In this document: one piece after another, positions 28,201 through 41,650 of the stretch
Layout: each line of letters opens with the position of its first letter
How positions within the stretch are numbered: position 1 is the stretch's first letter
Origin: the human T2T-CHM13v2.0 reference genome, Homo sapiens
Strand: one strand, 5' to 3'
NCBI RefSeq assembly: GCF_009914755.1
Contig: NC_060948.1
DNA length: 64,000 nucleotides
Made by a program: the position numbers and the translations under genes
Notes under the pieces: model-generated
What the model was told of the DNA's origin: nothing
The model's input: the letters and a program-made list of their open reading frames with translations, nothing else
Database searches by the model: none

Positions 28201-31200
28201 AAATGGAATCGAACCACAAGGAATGGACAGGAATAGAATGGTCTCGAATTGAATGGAATCGTATGGAATGGCATCAAACGGAATGGAATGGACAGCCACG
28301 GAATGGAATGCACTCGAATGCAATGGAGACGAAACTAATGGACTGGAATAGAATGGACTCGACTGGTACGGACTCCAATGGAATGGAATCGAATGGAAGG
28401 GAATCGAATGGAATGGACTCGAAGGGAAAAGACTGCAATGGAAAGGTATCGAATGGAATGGAAATTAATGGAATGGAATGGAATCGAATGAAATGGAGTC
28501 AAAAGGAATGGAATCGAATGGCAAGAAATCGAATGTAATGGAATCGCAAGGAATTGATGTGAACGGAACGGAATGGAATGGAATCCAAAGGAATGGAATA
28601 GAATGGAATGGAATCGAATGGAAAGGACTCGAATGGAAATCACTCGAATAGAAAGCAATTTAATAAAATAGGATCAAATGGAATGGAATGGAATGGAAAG
28701 GAATCGAAACGAAAGGAATGGAGACAGATGGAATGGAATGGAACAGAGAGCAATGGTATAGAATGGAATGGAATCATCTGGAATGGAATTGAATGGAATG
28801 GAATAATATGAAATGGAATGGAATGGAATGGAATGCCTTTGAATTAAATGGACTGGAATGGAATGGACTCGAACAGAGTGGAATGGAAAGTGATGAGATA
28901 GAATGGAATGGACTCCTTTGGAATGGTGTAGTATGCAATGCAATCGACTGGCAGGGAATCAAAAGGAATGTAATCGAATGGATTGGACTGGAATGCAATG
29001 GACTCGAATAGATTGGAAACGGAATGCAAAGGAATGGAATGGAATAGTATGGAATGGAATGGAAAGAAATGGAGTGGAACAGACTAGAGTGGAATGGAAT
29101 GGACTCGAAAGCAATGGACTGGAATGGAACTTTCTTGAATGGACTGGAATCAAACGGAATGGAATGCAATGCAATCAAATGGCATGGAATAAAATAGAAT
29201 GAAAGAGAATCAAATGGAATTGAATCGAATGGAATGGAATGGATTGGAAAGGAATAGAATGGAATGGAATGGAATTGACTCAAATGGAATGGACTAGAAT
29301 GGAATGGATTCGAATGGAAGGCAAAGGAATGGAATCTATTGGAATGGACTGTAATGGAATGGAATGGAAGGGATTGGAATGGACTCGAATGGAATGGACT
29401 GCAATAGAAAGGATTCGAATGGAATGAAAAAGAATTGAATGGAATAGAACAGAATGGAATCAAATCGAATGAAATGGAATGGAATAGAAAGGAATGGAAT
29501 GAAATGGAATGGAAAGGATTCGAATGGAATGCAATCGAATGGAATGGAATCGAACGGAATGGAATAAAATGGAAGAAAACTGGCAAGAAATGGAATCGAA
29601 ATGAATGGAGTGTTATGGAACGGACTCAAAAGGAATTGAATGTAATAGAATGGAGTGGAGTGGACTCGAATATAATGGACTGGAATGGAATGAAATCACA
29701 TGGAATGGGAACGAATGGAATGGAATGGAAAGGAAAGTAATCGAATGGAAGGGAATGAAATTGAATCAACAGGAATGGAAGGGAATAGAATAGACGGTAA
29801 TGGAATGGACTCGAATAGAATGGACACGAATGCTCAAATTGAATGGACTCGAATGGAATGGAAACGAAAGGAATGTCATCGAATGGAATTGAATCGATTG
29901 GAATGAAATCGCATAGAATGGAGTGGAGTCAAATGGAATTGAAACGAAAGCAAAGGAAGCGAATGGACTGAAATGAAATGGACTCAAATTGAAAGGGCTC
30001 GAAAGGAATGGAGTCAAATGGAATGGTCTGGAATGGAATGAACACGAATGTAATGCAATCCAATAGAATGGAATCGAATGGCATGGAATATAAAGAAATG
30101 GAATCGAAGAGAATGGAAACAAATGGAATGGAATTGAATGGAATGGAATTGAATGGAATGGGAACGAATGGAGTGAAATTGTATGCAGTAGAAGAGAATA
30201 GAATGGAATGCAAGCGAAAGGAAAGGAATGGATTGGAATGGAATGGAATTCATTGGAATGGAAGAGAATGTAGTGTAATGGACAGGCCTGGAATAAAGTG
30301 GAATGCTACGGTCTCGAATGGAATAAAAATGTATGGAATGGAATGCAATGAAACGGAATCGAATGTCATAGAATGTAATGGAATGCAAAAAAATGGAATC
30401 CAAAATCATTGACTGGAAAGGCTGGGTGTCGAAAGGAATTGACTCCAATGGAATGGAATCGAATGGAATGGAAGTGAATAGAATCGAACTAAATCGAATG
30501 GAATGGAATTGATAGGAACGGAATGGAAAGGAATGCAATGATTTGGCATGGAATGGAATCGAATGGCATCGAATGGAATGGAATGGAATGCAATGGAATG
30601 GAATGTATTAGAATGTAATGAACATTAATGGAATGTACTCGAATGGATTCGACTGGCATGGAATGTTCTGGAAGTGAATGGAATCCAATGGAATGGATTC
30701 AAAAGGAATGGAATCGTACGGAATGGAATCTAATGGAATGGAATTAAATGGAAATGAATCAAATTGAATAGCACGGAATTGAATTGAATGGAATCGAATG
30801 CAATGGAATCTAATGAAACGGAAAGGAAAGGAATGGAATGGAATGGAATGGGCTGGAATGGAAAGGAATCGAAACGAATGGAATGGAATCGAACTGAAGA
30901 GACTGGAATGGAATGCACTGGAATGGAAGGGAGTGTAATGGAAGGTTCTCGACAAAAATGGAATCGAATGGAATGGAATTGAATGGAACGGAATAGAGTC
31001 GAATGGAATTGAATGGAATGGAATGGACTAGAGTGAAATGGAATCGAACCACAAGGAATGGACAGGAATAGAATGGTCTCGAATTGAATGGAATCGTATG
31101 GAATGGCATCAAACGGAATGGAATGGACAGCCACGGAATGGAATGCACTCGAATGCAATGGAGACGAAACTAATGGACTGGAATAGAATGGACTCGACTG

Positions 31201-34200
31201 GTACGGACTCCAATGGAATGGAATCGAATGGAAGGGAATCGAATGGAATGGACTCGAAGGGAAAAGACTGCAATGGAAAGGTATCGAATGGAATGGAAAT
31301 TAATGGAATGGAATGGAATCGAATGAAATGGAGTCAAAAGGAATGGAATCGAATGGCAAGAAATCGAATGTAATGGAATCGCAAGGAATTGATGTGAACG
31401 GAACGGAATGGAATGGAATCCAAAGGAATGGAATAGAATGGAATGGAATCGAATGGAAAGGACTCGAATGGAAATCACTCGAATAGAAAGCAATTTAATA
31501 AAATAGGATCAAATGTAATGGAATGGAATGGAAAGGAATCGAAACGAAAGGAATGGAGACAGATGGAATGGAATGGAACAGAGAGCAATGGTATAGAATG
31601 GAATGGAATCATCTGGAATGGAATTGAATGGAATGGAATAATATGAAATGGAATGGAATGGAATGGAATGCCTTTGAATTAAATGGACTGGAATGGAATG
31701 GACTCGAACAGAGTGGAATGGAAAGTGATGAGATAGAATGGAATGGACTCCTTTGGAATGGTGTAGTATGCAATGCAATCGACTGGCAGGGAATCAAAAG
31801 GAATGTAATCGAATGGATTGGACTGGAATGCAATGGACTCGAATAGATTGGAAATGGAATGCAAAGGAATGGAATGGAATAGTATGGAATGGAATGGAAA
31901 GAAATGGAGTGGAACAGACTAGAGTGGAATGGAATGGACTCGAAAGCAATGGACTGGAATGGAACTTTCTTGAATGGACTGGAATCAAACGGAATGGAAT
32001 GCAATGCAATCAAATGGCATGGAATAAAATAGAATGAAAGAGAATCAAATGGAATTGAATCGAATGGAATGGAATGGATTGGAAAGGAATAGAATGGAAT
32101 GGAATGGAATTGACTCAAATGGAATGGACTAGAATGGAATGGATTCGAATGGAAGGCAAAGGAATGGAATCTATTGGAATGGACTGTAATGGAATGGAAT
32201 GGAAGGGATTGGAATGGACTCGAATGGAATGGACTGCAATAGAAAGGATTCGAATGGAATGAAAAAGAATTGAATGGAATAGAACAGAATGGAATCAAAT
32301 CGAATGAAATGGAATGGAATAGAAAGGAATGGAATGAAATGGAATGGAAAGGATTCGAATGGAATGCAATCGAATGGAATGGAATCGAACGGAATGGAAT
32401 AAAATGGAAGAAAACTGGCAAGAAATGGAATCGAAATGAATGGAGTGTTATGGAACGGACTCAAAAGGAATTGAATGTAATAGAATGGAGTGGAGTGGAC
32501 TCGAATATAATGGACTGGAATGGAATGAAATCACATGGAATGGGAACGAATGGAATGGAATGGAAAGGAATGGAATCGAATGGAAAGGAATCGAATGGAA
32601 GGGAATGAAATTGAATCAACAGGAATGGAAGGGAATAGAATAGACGGTAATGGAATGGACTCGAATAGAATGGACACGAATGCTCAAATTGAATGGACTC
32701 GAATGGAATGGAAACGAAAGGAATGTCATCGAATGGAATTGAATCGATTGGAATGAAATCGCATAGAATGGAGTGGAATCAAATGGAATTGAATCGAAAG
32801 CAAAGGAAGCGAATGGACTGAAATGAAATGGACTCAAATTGAAAGGGCTCGAAAGGAATGGAGTCAAATGGAATGGTCTGGAATGGAGTGAACACGAATG
32901 TAATGCAATCCAATAGAATGGAATCGAATGGCATGGAATATAAAGAAATGGAATCGAAGAGAATGGAAACAAATGGAATGGAATTGAATGGAATGGAATT
33001 GAATGGAATGGGAACGAATGGAGTGAAATTGTATGCAGTAGAAGAGAATAGAATGGAATGCAAGCAAAAGGAAAGGAATGGATTGGAATGGAATGGAATT
33101 CATTGGAATGGAAGGGAATGTAGTGTAATGGACAGGCCTGGAATAAAGTGGAATGCTACGGTCTCGAATGGAATAAAAATGTATGGAATGGAATGCAATG
33201 AAACGGAATCGAATGTCATAGAATGTAATGGAATGCAAAAAAATGGAATCCAAAATCATTGACTGGAAAGGCTGGGTGTCGAAAGGAATTGACTCCAATG
33301 GAATGGAATCGAATGGAATGGAAGTGAATAGAATCGAACTAAATCGAATGGAATGGAATTGATAGGAACGGAATGGAAAGGAATGCAATGATTTGGCATG
33401 GAATGGAATCGAATGGCATCGAATGGAATGGAATGGAATGCAATGGAATGGAATGTATTAGAATGTAATGAACATTAATGGAATGTACTCGAATGGATTC
33501 GACTGGCATGGAATGTTCTGGAAGTGAATGGAATCCAATGGAATGGATTCAAAAGGAATGGAATCGTACGGAATGGAATCTAATGGAATGGAATTAAATG
33601 GAAATGAATCAAATTGAATAGCACGGAATTGAATTGAATGGAATCGAATGCAATGGAATCTAATGAAACGGAAAGGAAAGGAATGGAATGGAATGGGCTG
33701 GAATGGAAAGGAATCGAAACGAATGGAATGGAATCGAACTGAAGAGACTGGAATGGAATGCACTGGAATGGAAGGGAGTGTAATGGAAGGTTCTCGACAA
33801 AAATGGAATCGAATGGAATGGAATTGAATGGAACGGAATAGAGTGGAATGGAATTGAATGGAATGGAATGGACTAGAGTGAAATGGAATCGAACCACAAG
33901 GAATGGACAGGAATAGAATGGTCTCGAATTGAATGGAATCGTATGGAATGGCATCAAACGGAATGGAATGGACAGCCACGGAATGGAATGCACTCGAATG
34001 CAATGGAGTCGAAACTAATGGACTGGAATAGAATGGACTCGACTGGTACGGACTCCAATGGAATGGAATCGAATGGAAGGGAATCGAACGGAATGGACTC
34101 GAAGGGAAAAGAATGCAATGGAAAGGTATCGAATGGAATGGAAATTAATGGAATGGAATGGAATCGAATGAAATGGAGTCAAAAGGAATGGAATCGAATG

Positions 34201-37200
34201 GCAAGAAATCGAATGTAATGGAATCGCAAGGAATTGATGTGAACGGAACGGAATGGAATGGAATCCAAAGGAATGGAATAGAATGGAATGGAATCGAATG
34301 GAAAGGACTCGAATGGAAATCACTCGAATAGAATGCAATTTAATAAAATAGGATCAAATGTAATGGAATGGAATGGAAAGGAATCGAAACGAAAGGAATG
34401 GAGACAGATGGAATGGAATGGAACAGAGAGCAATGGTATAGAATGGAATGGAATCATCTGGAATGGAATTGAATGGAATGGAATAATATGAAATGGAATG
34501 GAATGGAATGGAATGTCCTTGAATTAAATGGACTGGAATGGAATGGACTCGAACAGAGTGGAATGGAAAGTGTTGAAATAGAATGGAATGGACTCCTTTG
34601 GAATGGTCTAGTATGCAATGCAATCGACAGGCAGGGAATCAAAAGGAATGTAATCGAATGGATTGGACAGGAATGCAATGGACTCGAATAGATTGGAAAC
34701 GGAAAGCAAAGGAATGGAATGGAATAGTATGGAATGGAATTGAAAGGAATGGAGTGGAATAGACTAGAGTGGAATGGAATGGACTCGAAAGCAATGGACT
34801 GTAATGGAACTTTCTTGAATGGACTGGAATCAAACGGAATGGAATGCAATGCAATCAAATGGCATGGAATAAAATAGAATGAAAGAGAATCAAATGGAAT
34901 TGAATCGAATGGAATCGAATGGATTGGAAAGGAATAGAATGGAATGGAATGGAATTGACTCAAATGGAATGGACTAGAATGGAATGGATTCGAATGGAAG
35001 GCAAAGGAATGGAATCTATTGGAATGGACTGTAATGGAATGGAATGGAAGGGATTGGAATGGACTCGAATGGAATGGACTGCAATAGAAAGGATTCGAAT
35101 GGAATGAAAAAGAATTGAATGGAATAGAACAGAATGGAATCAAATCGAATGAAATGGAATGGAATAGAAAGGAATGGAATGAAATGGAATGGAAAGGATT
35201 CGAATGGAATGCAATCGAATGGAATGGAATCGAACGGAATGGAATAAAATGGAAGAAAACTGGCAAGAAATGGAATCGAAATGAATGGAGTGTTATGGAA
35301 CGGACTCAAAAGGAATTGAATGTAATAGAATGGAGTGGAGTGGACTCGAATATAATGGAGTGGAATCGAATGAAATCACGTGGAATGGGAACGAATGGAA
35401 TGGAATGGAAAGGAAAGTAATCGAATGGAAGGGAATGAAATTGAATCAACAGGAATGGAAGGGAATAGAATAGACGGTAATGGAATGGACTCGAATAGAA
35501 TGGACACGAATGCTCAAATTGAATGGACTCGAATGGAATGGAAACGAAAGGAATGTCATCGAATGGAATTGAATCGATTGGAATGAAATCGCATAGAATG
35601 GAGTGGAGTCAAATGGAATTGAAACGAAAGCAAAGGAAGCGAATGGACTGAAATGAAATGGACTCAAATTGAAAGGGCTCGAAAGGAATGGAGTCAAATG
35701 GAATGGTCTGGAATGGAATGAACACGAATGTAATGCAATCCAATAGAATGGAATCGAATGGCATGGAATATAAAGAAATGGAATCGAAGAGAATGGAAAC
35801 AAATGGAATGGAATTGAATGGAATGGAATTGAATGGAATGGGAACGAATGGAGTGAAATTGTATGCAGTAGAAGAGAATAGAATGGAATGCAAGCGAAAG
35901 GAAAGGAATGGATTGGAGTGGAATGGAATTCATTGGAATGGAAGAGAATGTAGTGTAATGGACAGGCCTGGAATAAAGTGGAATGCTACGGTCTCGAATG
36001 GAATAAAAATGTATGGAATGGAATGCAATGAAACGGAATCGAATGTCATAGAATGTAATGGAATGCAAAAAAATGGAATCCAAAATCATTGACTGGAAAG
36101 GCTGGGTGTCGAAAGGAATTGACTCCAATGGAATGGAATCGAATGGAATGGAAGTGAATAGAATCGAACTAAATCGAATGGAATGGAATTGATAGGAACG
36201 GAATGGAAAGGAATGCAATGATTTGGCATGGAATGGAATCGAATGGCATCGAATGGAATGGAATGGAATGCAATGGAATGGAATGTATTAGAATGTAATG
36301 AACATTAATGGAATGTACTCGAATGGATTCGACTGGCATGGAATGTTCTGGAAGTGAATGGAATCCAATGGAATGGATTCAAAAGGAATGGAATCGTACG
36401 GAATGGAATCTAATGGAATGGAATTAAATGGAAATGAATCAAATTGAATAGCACGGAATTGAATTGAATGGAATCGAATGCAATGGAATCTAATGAAACG
36501 GAAAGGAAAGGAATGGAATGGAATGGAATGGGCTGGACTGGAAAGGAATCGAAACGAATGGAATGGAATCGAACTGAAGAGACTGGAATGGAATGCACTG
36601 GAATGGAAGGGAGTGTAATGGAAGGTTCTCGACAAAAATGGAATCGAATGGAATGGAATTGAATGGAACGGAATAGAGTCGAATGGAATTGAATGGAATG
36701 GAATGGACTAGAGTGAAATGGAATCGAACCACAAGGAATGGACAGGAATAGAATGGTCTCGAATTGAATGGAATCGTATGGAATGGCATCAAACGGAATG
36801 GAATGGACAGCCACGGAATGGAATGCACTCGAATGCAATGGAGACGAAACTAATGGACTGGAATAGAATGGACTCGACTGGTACGGACTCCAATGGAATG
36901 GAATCGAATGGAAGGGAATCGAATGGAATGGACTCGAAGGGAAAAGACTGCAATGGAAAGGTATCGAATGGAATGGAAATTAATGGAATGGAATGGAATC
37001 GAATGAAATGGAGTCAAAAGGAATGGAATCGAATGGCAAGAAATCGAATGTAATGGAATCGCAAGGAATTGATGTGAACGGAACGGAATGGAATGGAATC
37101 CAAAGGAATGGAATAGAATGGAATGGAATCGAATGGAAAGGACTCGAATGGAAATCACTCGAATAGAAAGCAATTTAATAAAATAGGATCAAATGGAATG

Positions 37201-40200
37201 GAATGGAATGGAAAGGAATCGAAACGAAAGGAATGGAGACAGATGGAATGGAATGGAACAGAGAGCAATGGTATAGAATGGAATGGAATCATCTGGAATG
37301 GAATTGAATGGAATGGAATAATATGAAATGGAATGGAATGGAATGGAATGCCTTTGAATTAAATGGACTGGAATGGAATGGACTCGAACAGAGTGGAATG
37401 GAAAGTGATGAGATAGAATGGAATGGACTCCTTTGGAATGGTGTAGTATGCAATGCAATCGACTGGCAGGGAATCAAAAGGAATGTAATCGAATGGATTG
37501 GACTGGAATGCAATGGACTCGAATAGATTGGAAACGGAATGCAAAGGAATGGAATGGAATAGTATGGAATGGAATGGAAAGAAATGGAGTGGAACAGACT
37601 AGAGTGGAATGGAATGGACTCGAAAGCAATGGACTGGAATGGAACTTTCTTGAATGGACTGGAATCAAACGGAATGGAATGCAATGCAATCAAATGGCAT
37701 GGAATAAAATAGAATGAAAGAGAATCAAATGGAATTGAATCGAATGGAATGGAATGGATTGGAAAGGAATAGAATGGAATGGAATGGAATTGACTCAAAT
37801 GGAATGGACTAGAATGGAATGGATTCGAATGGAAGGCAAAGGAATGGAATCTATTGGAATGGACTGTAATGGAATGGAATGGAAGGGATTGGAATGGACT
37901 CGAATGGAATGGACTGCAATAGAAAGGATTCGAATGGAATGAAAAAGAATTGAATGGAATAGAACAGAATGGAATCAAATCGAATGAAATGGAATGGAAT
38001 AGAAAGGAATGGAATGAAATGGAATGGAAAGGATTCGAATGGAATGCAATCGAATGGAATGGAATCGAACGGAATGGAATAAAATGGAAGAAAACTGGCA
38101 AGAAATGGAATCGAAATGAATGGAGTGTTATGGAACGGACTCAAAAGGAATTGAATGTAATAGAATGGAGTGGAGTGGACTCGAATATAATGGACTGGAA
38201 TGGAATGAAATCACATGGAATGGGAACGAATGGAATGGAATGGAAAGGAAAGTAATCGAATGGAAGGGAATGAAATTGAATCAACAGGAATGGAAGGGAA
38301 TAGAATAGACGGTAATGGAATGGACTCGAATAGAATGGACACGAATGCTCAAATTGAATGGACTCGAATGGAATGGAAACGAAAGGAATGTCATCGAATG
38401 GAATTGAATCGATTGGAATGAAATCGCATAGAATGGAGTGGAGTCAAATGGAATTGAAACGAAAGCAAAGGAAGCGAATGGACTGAAATGAAATGGACTC
38501 AAATTGAAAGGGCTCGAAAGGAATGGAGTCAAATGGAATGGTCTGGAATGGAATGAACACGAATGTAATGCAATCCAATAGAATGGAATCGAATGGCATG
38601 GAATATAAAGAAATGGAATCGAAGAGAATGGAAACAAATGGAATGGAATTGAATGGAATGGAATTGAATGGAATGGGAACGAATGGAGTGAAATTGTATG
38701 CAGTAGAAGAGAATAGAATGGAATGCAAGCGAAAGGAAAGGAATGGATTGGAATGGAATGGAATTCATTGGAATGGAAGAGAATGTAGTGTAATGGACAG
38801 GCCTGGAATAAAGTGGAATGCTACGGTCTCGAATGGAATAAAAATGTATGGAATGGAATGCAATGAAACGGAATCGAATGTCATAGAATGTAATGGAATG
38901 CAAAAAAATGGAATCCAAAATCATTGACTGGAAAGGCTGGGTGTCGAAAGGAATTGACTCCAATGGAATGGAATCGAATGGAATGGAAGTGAATAGAATC
39001 GAACTAAATCGAATGGAATGGAATTGATAGGAACGGAATGGAAAGGAATGCAATGATTTGGCATGGAATGGAATCGAATGGCATCGAATGGAATGGAATG
39101 GAATGCAATGGAATGGAATGTATTAGAATGTAATGAACATTAATGGAATGTACTCGAATGGATTCGACTGGCATGGAATGTTCTGGAAGTGAATGGAATC
39201 CAATGGAATGGATTCAAAAGGAATGGAATCGTACGGAATGGAATCTAATGGAATGGAATTAAATGGAAATGAATCAAATTGAATAGCACGGAATTGAATT
39301 GAATGGAATCGAATGCAATGGAATCTAATGAAACGGAAAGGAAAGGAATGGAATGGAATGGAATGGGCTGGAATGGAAAGGAATCGAAACGAATGGAATG
39401 GAATCGAACTGAAGAGACTGGAATGGAATGCACTGGAATGGAAGGGAGTGTAATGGAAGGTTCTCGACAAAAATGGAATCGAATGGAATGGAATTGAATG
39501 GAACGGAATAGAGTCGAATGGAATTGAATGGAATGGAATGGACTAGAGTGAAATGGAATCGAACCACAAGGAATGGACAGGAATAGAATGGTCTCGAATT
39601 GAATGGAATCGTATGGAATGGCATCAAACGGAATGGAATGGACAGCCACGGAATGGAATGCACTCGAATGCAATGGAGACGAAACTAATGGACTGGAATA
39701 GAATGGACTCGACTGGTACGGACTCCAATGGAATGGAATCGAATGGAAGGGAATCGAATGGAATGGACTCGAAGGGAAAAGACTGCAATGGAAAGGTATC
39801 GAATGGAATGGAAATTAATGGAATGGAATGGAATCGAATGAAATGGAGTCAAAAGGAATGGAATCGAATGGCAAGAAATCGAATGTAATGGAATCGCAAG
39901 GAATTGATGTGAACGGAACGGAATGGAATGGAATCCAAAGGAATGGAATAGAATGGAATGGAATCGAATGGAAAGGACTCGAATGGAAATCACTCGAATA
40001 GAAAGCAATTTAATAAAATAGGATCAAATGTAATGGAATGGAATGGAAAGGAATCGAAACGAAAGGAATGGAGACAGATGGAATGGAATGGAACAGAGAG
40101 CAATGGTATAGAATGGAATGGAATCATCTGGAATGGAATTGAATGGAATGGAATAATATGAAATGGAATGGAATGGAATGGAATGCCTTTGAATTAAATG

Positions 40201-41650
40201 GACTGGAATGGAATGGACTCGAACAGAGTGGAATGGAAAGTGATGAGATAGAATGGAATGGACTCCTTTGGAATGGTGTAGTATGCAATGCAATCGACTG
40301 GCAGGGAATCAAAAGGAATGTAATCGAATGGATTGGACTGGAATGCAATGGACTCGAATAGATTGGAAATGGAATGCAAAGGAATGGAATGGAATAGTAT
40401 GGAATGGAATGGAAAGAAATGGAGTGGAACAGACTAGAGTGGAATGGAATGGACTCGAAAGCAATGGACTGGAATGGAACTTTCTTGAATGGACTGGAAT
40501 CAAACGGAATGGAATGCAATGCAATCAAATGGCATGGAATAAAATAGAATGAAAGAGAATCAAATGGAATTGAATCGAATGGAATGGAATGGATTGGAAA
40601 GGAATAGAATGGAATGGAATGGAATTGACTCAAATGGAATGGACTAGAATGGAATGGATTCGAATGGAAGGCAAAGGAATGGAATCTATTGGAATGGACT
40701 GTAATGGAATGGAATGGAAGGGATTGGAATGGACTCGAATGGAATGGACTGCAATAGAAAGGATTCGAATGGAATGAAAAAGAATTGAATGGAATAGAAC
40801 AGAATGGAATCAAATCGAATGAAATGGAATGGAATAGAAAGGAATGGAATGAAATGGAATGGAAAGGATTCGAATGGAATGCAATCGAATGGAATGGAAT
40901 CGAACGGAATGGAATAAAATGGAAGAAAACTGGCAAGAAATGGAATCGAAATGAATGGAGTGTTATGGAACGGACTCAAAAGGAATTGAATGTAATAGAA
41001 TGGAGTGGAGTGGACTCGAATATAATGGACTGGAATGGAATGAAATCACATGGAATGGGAACGAATGGAATGGAATGGAAAGGAATGGAATCGAATGGAA
41101 AGGAATCGAATGGAAGGGAATGAAATTGAATCAACAGGAATGGAAGGGAATAGAATAGACGGTAATGGAATGGACTCGAATAGAATGGACACGAATGCTC
41201 AAATTGAATGGACTCGAATGGAATGGAAACGAAAGGAATGTCATCGAATGGAATTGAATCGATTGGAATGAAATCGCATAGAATGGAGTGGAATCAAATG
41301 GAATTGAATCGAAAGCAAAGGAAGCGAATGGACTGAAATGAAATGGACTCAAATTGAAAGGGCTCGAAAGGAATGGAGTCAAATGGAATGGTCTGGAATG
41401 GAGTGAACACGAATGTAATGCAATCCAATAGAATGGAATCGAATGGCATGGAATATAAAGAAATGGAATCGAAGAGAATGGAAACAAATGGAATGGAATT
41501 GAATGGAATGGAATTGAATGGAATGGGAACGAATGGAGTGAAATTGTATGCAGTAGAAGAGAATAGAATGGAATGCAAGCAAAAGGAAAGGAATGGATTG
41601 GAATGGAATGGAATTCATTGGAATGGAAGGGAATGTAGTGTAATGGACAG
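16226..41650 (+). repeat. Three copies of a 3-unit higher-order repeat (B-A-A; 8490, 8420, 8515 bp)
   Basis: Indel pattern repeats every third unit. Private SNVs recur at exactly 8515 bp (GGCTGGACTG 28021/36536; GGAAATGGAATGC 31851/40366). Confidence 0.85.
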
